A stretch of DNA of 42,225 bases. Origin: Ruminococcaceae bacterium UBA7030. Lineage in GTDB: Bacteria > Bacillota > Clostridia > Oscillospirales > Acutalibacteraceae. The stretch covers positions 1-42,225 of the forward strand of contig DLBD01000049.1 of assembly GCA_002494125.1 (NCBI GenBank), read 5' to 3'. The position numbers were made by a program, and so were the translations under genes. Every line of letters starts with the position of its first letter. Position 1 is the stretch's first letter. This document shows, one piece after another, positions 1-8,387 of the stretch. The notes under the pieces are model-generated. The model ran no database searches, had not been told where the DNA came from, and saw nothing but the letters and a program-made list of their open reading frames with translations.

Positions 1-5
1 GCTTC

Positions 6-42
6 AAAAAGTCCATTAGGGCGCCAGCCCAAATGGACTTTT
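6..42. terminator. Bidirectional intrinsic terminator-like hairpin
   Basis: AAAAGTCCATT-A-GGGC-GCCA-GCCC-A-AATGGACTTTT, with A/T tracts on both sides. Confidence 0.6.
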
Positions 43-81
43 ATTCATTGTTCTGACAAAAAATCTGTTGATTTTGGATGC

Positions 82-235
82 AAAGCAGTTTTGACAAAGT
101 AATTTTAGTTCATAAAGGTATTACAAAATCCCCTGCATACTTGCGTATTCAGGGGATTTTTAATGTCTTTAGGGACAAAAGGACGAAGTCAAAACCTATC
201 CTTCGTTATCGCACCTCGCCTTTCAGAACTGCTTT
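82..235. other. Long imperfect palindrome / candidate structured ncRNA or element end downstream of mazF
   Basis: Core stem AAAATCCCCTG/CAGGGGATTTT (125-160) extends outward to GTTTTGAC(88-95)/GTCAAAAC(188-195). Outer inverted repeat 82-94/223-235 matches at 12 of 13 positions. Confidence 0.5.
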
Positions 236-244
236 ATTAGATAA

Positions 245-586
245 TTATAATCCGAAACTTACGCTGAGCGCTTGATTAACCTTTCCCATATCGGTGGTAT
301 CAAGCGAGCCCATTCTCTCTCTCAACCGTCTTTTGTCAATCGTCCTCACCTGCTCAAGAAGAACAACGCTGTCCTTTGCGAGTCCGCAGGTATGTGCGTC
401 GACCTCAATATGAGTGGGAAGATTGTTTTTATCGCGCTGAGAAGTAATTGCTGCTGCAATGACTGTAGGGGAAAATTTGTTGCCGACATCGTTTTGAACA
501 ATAAGAACAGGTCTTACCCCTCCCTGCTCGGAACCGACAACGGGACTTAAATCAGCATAATATATTTCGCCTCGTTTTACTGACAA
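245..586 (-). CDS. mazF: MazF/PemK-family endoribonuclease toxin (NdoA/EndoA-like)
   Basis: KRGEIYYADLSPVVGSEQGGVRPVLIVQND...SPTVIAAAITS...LLEQVRTIDK signature; TTG start after AAGGTGA RBS. Confidence 0.95.
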   Translation of the reverse strand: MSVKRGEIYYADLSPVVGSEQGGVRPVLIVQNDVGNKFSPTVIAAAITSQRDKNNLPTHIEVDAHTCGLAKDSVVLLEQVRTIDKRRLRERMGSLDTTDMGKVNQALSVSFGL

Positions 587-772
587 TTATATCACCTTAT
601 ATTTTTTGCTTTCGTTTATATATTTGCCGAAAAGCTTGCTTTCTATTCCATTATATGTAATTTCTTTTTTTAGGCTTATCAAAAACAGGCTTAAGGTCAT
701 AGAATAAATCAGCAGGAATATGCGCATTTATCAACAAAAGCGCATTTGCGAATAATTTCAAAGGAGTATTTT

Positions 773-979
773 ATGGAAAAATATGATGACCTTTTTAAGC
801 CGAGTTTTCTTAAAAAGGATAAGCGCACCGCCCTTCCTGAAGACGCTGCGCTTACCATGGCTTATGTTCCGCTTCAGCTCGAGCTTATAACATATGACGG
901 AGATAAAGGATTTGACAAGGGAACGATATTCCCGGCACTTAACAAGCCTTTTAAGGGAAAGATGGTGGAAAAAGTATGA
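773..979 (+). CDS. cotJA: Spore coat-associated protein CotJA
   Basis: MAYVPLQ...YD...GF.KGTIFPALNKPF motif; AAGGAG RBS before ATG at 773; overlaps cotJB (ATGA). Confidence 0.88.
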   Translation: MEKYDDLFKPSFLKKDKRTALPEDAALTMAYVPLQLELITYDGDKGFDKGTIFPALNKPFKGKMVEKV

Positions 980-1224
980 ATAAGGAAAAGCTTATGAGAA
1001 GGCTGAGCTCTCTTGGATTTTCTGTGCAGGAATACAGACTGTTTCTTGACACTCACCCGGAAAACGAAGAGGCATTAACTCTCTTCAACGAGGCAAAAAA
1101 GAAGTATGACGCCGTTTTGCAGGAGTATGAAAAAGAGTATGGTGCACTCACCTTAAACGGTATCAACAGCGACGAATGGCTTGAAGACCCATGGCCATGG
1201 GATTACAAAGAAGAAGAGAAATAA
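976..1224 (+). CDS. cotJB: Spore coat protein CotJB
   Basis: LFLDTHP...YE..YGAL...W...PWPW motif. Confidence 0.93.
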   Translation: MNKEKLMRRLSSLGFSVQEYRLFLDTHPENEEALTLFNEAKKKYDAVLQEYEKEYGALTLNGINSDEWLEDPWPWDYKEEEK

Positions 1225-1236
1225 TAAAGAGTTATT

Positions 1237-1282
1237 AAAAAGCCTGAACACCTCGCATTCGCGAAGTGTTCAGGCTTTTTTT
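1237..1282. terminator. Bidirectional terminator between convergent cotJB and the carboxypeptidase gene
   Basis: AAAAAGCCTGAACAC...GTGTTCAGGCTTTTT. Confidence 0.85.
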
Positions 1283-1331
1283 ATTTAATAACAAGCTTAT
1301 CCTTTTTTACTGTTTTTGAAGATGTTAGTAT

Positions 1332-2723
1332 TTACTTTTTATATCTTTTCGGCGGCTCGAGGTCGTCAATTTTGTCAGGGTAATTGTCCCTGCTGTCATT
1401 GAGCTTTTCCTTATTTCTCCTTTTCCTGTTCTTTTTCTTAAGACTTGTAAAGAAAAGAAATGCATACGCAATAAAGAATAGAATAAGTAAAACAAATATT
1501 ATTTTCACTATAGTCGACGAAAGGAAAGCCTTTACCGCATTTATAACCTTAAGGAAGGTTGAAAGCTCAACCGTATCGGCAGCGACAAGATCTACAGTTG
1601 CAATAACCATATCGCCGTAAATTATATTAGCCTGACATATATCGTCGCCCTTTGAAACAGGTGCGTTTACAATATCTGGCTTATCAACAAACTCATAGAT
1701 AATAGCGGACTTATCAAGCCCCGCAGGCACGATTTCGTTAACATCCTCTTTTGCAACAAGTTGAACTGTGTCAGCGTCCTTACCGTCTTTAACGGCAACC
1801 TCGCCGACAACCTCGGCTTTTCTTACAAGAGTTGTATATTTGAGGCTGTCAAATGCCCACTCAAAGAGCGTTTTAGCGTCAACGAAAGAGCATTTTGTAA
1901 GGTAATCCTCGCCGTTAATCGCCTGCTGCGGCGACTTCATAACTACCGCAAGATAGTTATAACCGTTTTTTGATGCTTTGGTAATAACGCAGTATTCAGC
2001 CTCTGTAGTCGATCCGGTCTTGATGCCCTGCGCATATTCGTAATAATATGTGATATATCCGGGCTGAAGCATAAGATTGGTATGTGGAAGTGTTATGCCG
2101 TGGAAATCGACCTGTGTTGTAGTTGCAATCTTAACAAATTCAGGTGATTTTAACGCTTCGAGGGTCATAAGCGACATATCCCTCGCGGTTGTGTAATGGT
2201 TGTCATCGTGAAGTCCGTCAGGGTTTACAAAATGCGTATCCTTACAACCGATCGACTGCGCCCATGCGTTCATCTCCGCTACAAATGCCTCTTTAGTACC
2301 GCTTACATATTCAGCAAGCACCTCGCAAGCGTCGCAAGCGGAATGAACCATAGTAAGATAAAGAAGGGTTTCGATTGTAAGCTGTTCACCTATTTCAATA
2401 CCTGCAACCTGTGCGCCTGTTCCTACGCTTTGGTTGTATGCATTTTCGGACATCGTTGTAACCGCTGTTAAATCCTGAACCTTATTAAGCGTTACCATCG
2501 CTGTTGCAATTTTTGTAAGAGATGCCGGATAAAGACGCTCGTCCGCATTTCTTTCTGCAACTACCGGGTAAGATGCGTCGTCAAGATTTATAAGCATATA
2601 AGCCTCGGCATATATTGTTTTGTCAGGCTCGTATGTAGCAGCGCTTGCTGAAAAAGCAGGAGCGCAAAAGAAAGTCGAAAGTATAATAAGTATTGATAAA
2701 AATAGAGATAGTGTTTTTTTCAT
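1332..2723 (-). CDS. D-alanyl-D-alanine carboxypeptidase (peptidase S11, LMW PBP) with C-terminal membrane anchor
   Basis: Signal peptide, PASLTK (SxxK), HSAC, HFVNPDGL, KTG motifs; C-terminal TM helix plus basic tail. Confidence 0.92.
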   Translation of the reverse strand: MKKTLSLFLSILIILSTFFCAPAFSASAATYEPDKTIYAEAYMLINLDDASYPVVAERNADERLYPASLTKIATAMVTLNKVQDLTAVTTMSENAYNQSVGTGAQVAGIEIGEQLTIETLLYLTMVHSACDACEVLAEYVSGTKEAFVAEMNAWAQSIGCKDTHFVNPDGLHDDNHYTTARDMSLMTLEALKSPEFVKIATTTQVDFHGITLPHTNLMLQPGYITYYYEYAQGIKTGSTTEAEYCVITKASKNGYNYLAVVMKSPQQAINGEDYLTKCSFVDAKTLFEWAFDSLKYTTLVRKAEVVGEVAVKDGKDADTVQLVAKEDVNEIVPAGLDKSAIIYEFVDKPDIVNAPVSKGDDICQANIIYGDMVIATVDLVAADTVELSTFLKVINAVKAFLSSTIVKIIFVLLILFFIAYAFLFFTSLKKKNRKRRNKEKLNDSRDNYPDKIDDLEPPKRYKK

Positions 2724-2727
2724 AGAC

Positions 2728-2756
2728 TTGACACCTTTATTTCAAAAAGATATTAT
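2728..2756 (+). promoter_or_regulatory. Sigma-A-like promoter for the metallophosphoesterase gene
   Basis: TTGACA-17 bp-TATTAT. Confidence 0.6.
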
Positions 2757-2820
2757 GTATATAGTGTATCATTTTTTCTGTTACAAAAAAAGACTTATTT
2801 TTATTTTTTCGGAGATATTT

Positions 2821-3498
2821 ATGATTTTTATTACAGGTGACACGCATGGTGATATTTCGTGTCTGAAAAACGCAAAGCTTAACAAACTCGGCGAGAAGGA
2901 TTATCTTATAGTGTGCGGCGATTTCGGTTTTTTATGGAATGCGCAGGACGAAAAAGAAAAGAAAAATATGGAGTGGCTGAAGAAGAGAAAGTATACAATA
3001 TGCTTTGTCGACGGCGCTCACGAAAATTTTGACATATTAAACTCCTATCAGCCGTACAGATGGAAGGGCGGCAATGCTCATAAAATCGCAGATAATATAT
3101 ATCACCTGATGCGAGGTGAGATATTCACACTCGAGGGCAAAACTTTTTTTGTAATGGGCGGCGGTGAAAGCGACGACGCCTATATGCGCAAAGAGGGAGA
3201 AAGCTGGTGGGAAAGCGAGCTTCCAAGCGCCGAAGAATTAAAGAACGGCGTATATAACCTTGAAAGCACACAAAGAAATATCAATTATATTCTGACATAT
3301 GAACCGCCGACAATAGCAAAGGATATACTCAGGCAAAGGACAAATCAGGATTTAAGCATAACCCCGCTTAATACGTATCTTCAGGAGCTTATGAAAAATA
3401 TTGATTATATGCACTGGTATTTCGGTTCGCTTCATATTGACCTGAATATCAGCAAAAAAATGACTGCGGTATTTAATGAAATAATACAAATATCATAA
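2821..3498 (+). CDS. Calcineurin-like metallophosphoesterase (degenerate metal site)
   Basis: ITGDTHG, CGDFG, DGAHE motifs; GGAG RBS before ATG at 2821. Confidence 0.85.
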   Translation: MIFITGDTHGDISCLKNAKLNKLGEKDYLIVCGDFGFLWNAQDEKEKKNMEWLKKRKYTICFVDGAHENFDILNSYQPYRWKGGNAHKIADNIYHLMRGEIFTLEGKTFFVMGGGESDDAYMRKEGESWWESELPSAEELKNGVYNLESTQRNINYILTYEPPTIAKDILRQRTNQDLSITPLNTYLQELMKNIDYMHWYFGSLHIDLNISKKMTAVFNEIIQIS

Positions 3499-3500
3499 GT

Positions 3501-3534
3501 AAAAGCCTTGCAAACTTGATGTTTGCAAGGCTTT
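3501..3534. terminator. Bidirectional terminator
   Basis: AAAGCCTTGCAAAC-loop-GTTTGCAAGGCTTT between convergent genes. Confidence 0.85.
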
Positions 3535-3539
3535 AATTT

Positions 3540-6500
3540 TTAAGGATTAAGGCATGCGCCGGAGGAATTGAAGCGGTAAGTTTTGCTTCCGATTTTCCTG
3601 CTGCCTGTTACCATAGCGCCTGAAGAGTCGAAGTAGTACCAATACCTGCCGACTTTAAGCCATCCTGTTACCATTGCGCCTGAGGAATTGAAGTAATACC
3701 ACTTACCTGATACTTTAAGCCAACCTGTTGCCATAGCGCCTGATGAATTGAAGAAGTACCATTTATTCGATACCTTAAGCCATCCCGTCGCCATTTTTCC
3801 GTTTGCATCAAAGTAATACCATTTATTTGATATTTTCTGCCAACCCTTTTGCATAGCGCCTGACGAGTTAAAGTAATACCAGTAATTTGATATTTTCTGC
3901 CAGCCTGTTACCATTGCGCCGCTTGAGCTGAAATAGTATCTGTTATTCGAGATATTATAAAATCCCGTTACCATAGCTCCGCTTGTTGCGAAGTAATACC
4001 ACTTATAATTAATTCTTTCCCATCCCGTAGCCATGGCTCCGTTTGGTGAAAGAAGATAATACCATGTGCCTGAAAGGCTGAGCCAGCCGGTCTGCATAAT
4101 ACCGCTCGAATTAAAATAGTACCATGCGCCGCCTGCCTGAGTCCATCCGGTTGCCATTCTTCCCGAACCCGGGAGAAGATAATACCAGTTATCTTTATAA
4201 AGAAGCCACCCTGTATGGAGCGTAACCGTTGTATTATTTCCTGAGGTTTCAACCTTTGAAACATATACCCAGTAGCCTTCGTGAAGCATCCAGCCCACCT
4301 TCGGTATATCGGAGGAAGAACCTTCTCCTCCGCCGCTCGGCGTACTCTTTTCAACAATCTTAAAGGTTGTTGAGAAGGAACCTGTGTAATTACCCTTAAA
4401 GGTAACGGTCATAGTGGCTGTGCCGACATTTACATTATTTTTGTAAGTGACATCGTAGTCCGTGCCCTTGACAAGCTGTGTTGTAGAATCCGTGAAATGA
4501 GGAAGCTCAATTTCAATAGCCTTGCCTGTATATGTCTGGTCAGCAATCGGGTATTTCTTGTAATATTCGACGAATGTATTTGTAATATTTCTCGGTGTCG
4601 TTACCGTATAATTCCATATTACTTTAGTACCCGCCTCAAAATACTTACTCGTTGAAAGGGCAGTAAGAGTAAGAGTACCTGTATCGCCGACATTGTTATA
4701 CGGCGTAACATCCGTAATCTTATAGTCGGTGCCGTTATACACAACAACATATTCGCTTGAGTTGCCGAAATTAAAGCTCTTCTGGTTTGCGATTTCAGAG
4801 CCGAAGGTAACGTTAACCGACCTTACATATTTTGAAAGGTCAGCCTTCGTGATTTCAAACGGGATGTCAACGCAGCCCGAATAGTTTCCGCTGTACTGAA
4901 TTCTGATATAGTAAAGACCCGGAGCGTCAATCTTCTTTACGGAAAAAGTATTTCCGCTTTTAGTACCGATATAAACTACATAGTCCTTATTAACGGAGTT
5001 AAGGACGGTTTCAGCAGAGTCAACAACCTTAACATTAACGTCAAGTGACGTACCCGTAAACGCCGTCTGAAGTTTGAGATTTCCGCTGCTTGCTTCAGCT
5101 TCTGAAAGTTCCTCGCCGTTAATTGTTGTTGAGTTAAGGTCATAGTTTTCTTTAAGATCATCCATCGGAAGCGGATTAATCTTAAATCCCATTTCATAGA
5201 CAATGTTGCTTAAAATGTTCTTAAGCTCAAAACTGTAATCGCCTGCATTAAGCAGATACTTTCCTTCGGTTGAATACTCAACGCCTTCGGCAAAATCAAT
5301 GAACTCACAAGTATAATAGTATCCTGTTGAATAGTAATAAAAGCCGGTTGCAAAGCTGAGTGCATTTTCCTTTTCCGTGTCTATCTTATAAAGATTACCT
5401 TTTGATGAAACGATAATATAGTTTTCGTAAACATAGTTACCGTCCGGAACAAATTTTTCGTCAGGGTCATCGGTCTTCATTCTGTAAATAACTGCAACAG
5501 CCTGAAAATCGCTTGGGTCATCGGCACCCTGCGACTGTTCGTATACTTTTCCTACCTCAAAGTGATAGTCGTCAGTGCTAATCGTCAAGTAGGAATAGTC
5601 GCCGTCAGCCTGCTGATGCTTTTGGGGTGAAAAGGTTTCGTTTTCAGTTCCTCTGAGGTAATACGAATAATCCACAACCGTGTAATACTCGTTAAGCTTC
5701 TGCGTTCTTTGAGAAGCGAAGGTGGTGTCAATAAGGAACCATTCGTAATCGTTTTGAGTGCTGTCCTTCAGGTATACTATATTCCATGCGTGGGGGTCGC
5801 TGACGCCTGTGGTATAGTCGCCTGTTACAATTTCGCAGTCGATACCGTTTGACTTACAAAGAGAATAGAAAAGAAGTGAATATCCTTCGCAGACTGCCAT
5901 ACCCTGATTAAGCTTTCTCGGGCGGTACAGTCCCTGCATATCGGTATATCTTACAAATTTATATTCAGAGATATCAAAATCCTCTTCAAGCGAGCCGTCA
6001 ATATTCCCGAATATTGCACCGTATGCACTATGTGATGAAAGATAGCGGGCGCTGTCCTTGGGGTAAAGCTGTCTTGAGGTATCCTTGTAAACTTCGTTAT
6101 CATATAGGGTGTTTTTAGTGATGAAATTATATATCGTTTTTACAGTGTAATACTCTTTTTCCTGCTGTGTGGGAGCGTTCTGAATTACGCTGTTTGAGGT
6201 GATAAAGTAGTTATTCCATGCATCAACAAATGCAGATACCATTTCCTCCTGCCGTGAAGTAGTGACATACGAAAAATAATAAGTCACCTTAACAAAGCAA
6301 TACTGCGTATTCGTTTTACTTGAATTAAGCTCAAAAGGATAAGTTCTTCGTGCAATACTTGCCGTCTGCTTAAGATAGTCGCCGCCATAAGGTGTGCCGT
6401 CGTCAGTATAAACAGCATTCTTCACATTTTCAAAGATAAGCGAATCAAAATACCGGCCTTCGTCTTCAGAGTACTGACTCATATCAACATAGCTTTTCGG

Positions 6501-6800
6501 AAATCCGATAATTACAGTAATACTGTCCTGACGTTCATACATAGCATTGCGAATAACAAGTCCTGCATTTTCAAAGTCAAGATCCGGGTCATAAGTTGCG
6601 CCGGTCCATTTTCCCTCATTTACAACCCAAACGTCGTCATAATCAGCGTTAACATAGATCATACTTCCGTCAGAGTTTTTGTATTCCTGTCCCTCGGTGT
6701 ACTGCGAGGCGCTTGCACTTATGGCAAATGCAAAAACGCAAATAACAAAAACGGATAATGAAATGATGAGTTTTATCAATGATTTTTTATTTTTCAGCAT
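3540..6800 (-). CDS. Secreted transglutaminase-like (papain-fold Cys-His-Asp) protein with Ig-like spacers and C-terminal choline-binding-type cell-wall repeats
   Basis: Signal peptide; AVCEGYS, HAWN, LIDTT triad motifs; GTDYDVTYKNNVNVGTAT Ig-like repeat; about 11 WYYFxxSGAMxTGW repeats. Confidence 0.85.
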   Translation of the reverse strand: MLKNKKSLIKLIISLSVFVICVFAFAISASASQYTEGQEYKNSDGSMIYVNADYDDVWVVNEGKWTGATYDPDLDFENAGLVIRNAMYERQDSITVIIGFPKSYVDMSQYSEDEGRYFDSLIFENVKNAVYTDDGTPYGGDYLKQTASIARRTYPFELNSSKTNTQYCFVKVTYYFSYVTTSRQEEMVSAFVDAWNNYFITSNSVIQNAPTQQEKEYYTVKTIYNFITKNTLYDNEVYKDTSRQLYPKDSARYLSSHSAYGAIFGNIDGSLEEDFDISEYKFVRYTDMQGLYRPRKLNQGMAVCEGYSLLFYSLCKSNGIDCEIVTGDYTTGVSDPHAWNIVYLKDSTQNDYEWFLIDTTFASQRTQKLNEYYTVVDYSYYLRGTENETFSPQKHQQADGDYSYLTISTDDYHFEVGKVYEQSQGADDPSDFQAVAVIYRMKTDDPDEKFVPDGNYVYENYIIVSSKGNLYKIDTEKENALSFATGFYYYSTGYYYTCEFIDFAEGVEYSTEGKYLLNAGDYSFELKNILSNIVYEMGFKINPLPMDDLKENYDLNSTTINGEELSEAEASSGNLKLQTAFTGTSLDVNVKVVDSAETVLNSVNKDYVVYIGTKSGNTFSVKKIDAPGLYYIRIQYSGNYSGCVDIPFEITKADLSKYVRSVNVTFGSEIANQKSFNFGNSSEYVVVYNGTDYKITDVTPYNNVGDTGTLTLTALSTSKYFEAGTKVIWNYTVTTPRNITNTFVEYYKKYPIADQTYTGKAIEIELPHFTDSTTQLVKGTDYDVTYKNNVNVGTATMTVTFKGNYTGSFSTTFKIVEKSTPSGGGEGSSSDIPKVGWMLHEGYWVYVSKVETSGNNTTVTLHTGWLLYKDNWYYLLPGSGRMATGWTQAGGAWYYFNSSGIMQTGWLSLSGTWYYLLSPNGAMATGWERINYKWYYFATSGAMVTGFYNISNNRYYFSSSGAMVTGWQKISNYWYYFNSSGAMQKGWQKISNKWYYFDANGKMATGWLKVSNKWYFFNSSGAMATGWLKVSGKWYYFNSSGAMVTGWLKVGRYWYYFDSSGAMVTGSRKIGSKTYRFNSSGACLNP
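3560..4295 (-). repeat. Intragenic ~60-nt tandem repeats encoding cell-wall-binding (CW_binding_1-like) units
   Basis: 60-nt periodic CCAT(A/T)GCGCC...AAGTA(A/G)TACCA; 20-aa period in the protein. Confidence 0.9.
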
Positions 6801-6884
6801 AAGAACACCCCCCATAGATATATACTTATACACTTTTATTATATCATATTTAATTATAATAATCTAATATCAAATAGCACAAAA

Positions 6885-6921
6885 AAACACGCCGAAAATT
6901 GTGCAAGTTTCCGACGTGTTT
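6885..6921 (-). terminator. Probable terminator after the alpha/beta hydrolase
   Basis: AAACACG...CGTGTTT imperfect hairpin with A-tract on the left. Confidence 0.55.
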
Positions 6922-6936
6922 GCATATTTTTGTACA

Positions 6937-7860
6937 TTATTTGAGAATAAAGTCCTTTACATCGTTATAGACCTCGTCCTTATTAAGCTCATTGAGAACC
7001 TCGTGTCTGCATTCAGGATAAAGCTTAAGCTCTGCCTTGCTGTGACCTGTCTGTATGAGCTTGTCATAAACTCCTCTAACTGCCTTGCCGTATTCGCCGA
7101 CAGGATCCATTTCACCGCTGATAACAAGATATGCCCTGTCCTTAGGAAGCTTATCATACCATTCTTTGCTGTTTGAGGCAATGTTAATTTTTACAAGGTC
7201 ATTCATACCCTGCGCTGAGAATAAGAAGCCGCAATACTTGTCATTGATGTATTTGTCAACAATATCGTTGTCCCTTGTAAGCCAGTCAAAATTCGTTCTG
7301 CCTTCAAACTTTGAATTGTAAGAACCGAAGGTGAGTGAATCAAGAGTTTTTGATTTATAGTACTTTCCTTTAGTTCTTGATATGAGTGATGAAAGACCGT
7401 TACCAATCTCTGCAAGCGGGTTTGCACCGCCGGTACCCATAAATATTGCCTTTTCATAGTCGCATTCGTTTGCAAACCACGCAGCAAAACAGCGAACGAT
7501 AAAAGAGCCCATTGAGTGACCCATTACAACAATTCTCTTATCAGGATAATCATTTCTTGCCATATCAAATACAGTTCTGAAATCGTGAACAAGCTCCTTG
7601 TAGCCATCTTTGTCGCCAAAGAAACCTGTGTGCTCAAAGTTCTGATTTGAGGCGCCGTGATTTGCCATATCGCTGAAATAAACAGCAATGTGATTAGATG
7701 TTAAGTACTCAACAAAATTTCTGTATCTTCCCTGATGTTCAGCCATACCGTGATGAAGTGCAAGCACAGCGTCAACCTGACCGTCGTCAGGGGTATAAAC
7801 ATTACCGTGTATTTCGCAAACGCCTGTTGCCGACGGATAGCTATATTCTTTAATCTGCAT
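6937..7860 (-). CDS. Alpha/beta hydrolase, lysophospholipase (PldB)-like
   Basis: HGMAEH, GHSMG nucleophile elbow, SGEMDPV, RHEVLNE. Confidence 0.9.
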   Translation of the reverse strand: MQIKEYSYPSATGVCEIHGNVYTPDDGQVDAVLALHHGMAEHQGRYRNFVEYLTSNHIAVYFSDMANHGASNQNFEHTGFFGDKDGYKELVHDFRTVFDMARNDYPDKRIVVMGHSMGSFIVRCFAAWFANECDYEKAIFMGTGGANPLAEIGNGLSSLISRTKGKYYKSKTLDSLTFGSYNSKFEGRTNFDWLTRDNDIVDKYINDKYCGFLFSAQGMNDLVKINIASNSKEWYDKLPKDRAYLVISGEMDPVGEYGKAVRGVYDKLIQTGHSKAELKLYPECRHEVLNELNKDEVYNDVKDFILK

Positions 7861-7878
7861 AAAAATCTCTCCTTAAAT

Positions 7879-7902
7879 AAAAGAGGAGGTTAAGACCTCC
7901 TC
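7879..7902 (-). terminator. Terminator-like hairpin after mscL
   Basis: GAGGAGGT-TAAG-ACCTCCTC with T-tract on the minus strand. Confidence 0.6.
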
Positions 7903-7909
7903 ATAATAA

Positions 7910-8338
7910 TTATTCCTCTTCTGCTTCTTCAGGAAGGTCTGATGTACAATGAGGACACTTTGTAGCCTCAATCGGAATTTCGCTCTTACAAAACGGACAT
8001 TCCTTAGTTGTTTCTTCTTCCTCATCTTCCTTCTTTTTGTTTGCAATTTCCTTAGCCTTATTAGCTGATTTAACAATAAGGAAGATTACAAAAGCAATAA
8101 TAAGGAAGTTGAGAATTGCAGAAATGAACTTACCTAAATCAATTGCCTGTCCCTTAATAAGAGGAATAACGAAACCTACATCAGTACCGCCTACACAAGC
8201 AATAAGAGGATTGATAACATTCTCGATGAATGCGTCAACAATTCCCTTAAATGCGGCACCAATGATTACGCCGACTGCAAGGTCAAGCACATTGCCTTGT
8301 TGGATGAACTCTTTGAATTCCGCAAAAAACTTTTTCAT
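7910..8338 (-). CDS. mscL: Large-conductance mechanosensitive channel with C-terminal CxxC-x10-CxxC tail
   Basis: EFKEFI..GNVLDLAVGVIIGAAF; FISAILNFLIIAFVIF; CPFC...CPHC. Confidence 0.95.
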   Translation of the reverse strand: MKKFFAEFKEFIQQGNVLDLAVGVIIGAAFKGIVDAFIENVINPLIACVGGTDVGFVIPLIKGQAIDLGKFISAILNFLIIAFVIFLIVKSANKAKEIANKKKEDEEEETTKECPFCKSEIPIEATKCPHCTSDLPEEAEEE

Positions 8339-8387
8339 TTCTATTCTCCTTCATTTTAACATAAAAATTTATTGCATTTATACTATA

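Noticed and set aside
78-275. 65-aa ORF as the missing antitoxin
   Set aside because: It is convergent with and overlaps mazF, has no RBS, runs through the palindrome and does not resemble MazE
2620-2820. N-terminal extensions in the ORF track (also at 746, 18340, 24256, 25457, 38170)
   Set aside because: Downstream ATGs have RBSs and match family N-termini, while the extensions cross promoters or terminators
3560-4295. 60-nt periodic repeats as a CRISPR array
   Set aside because: They are in-frame coding repeats with synonymous variation, no unique spacers and no cas genes
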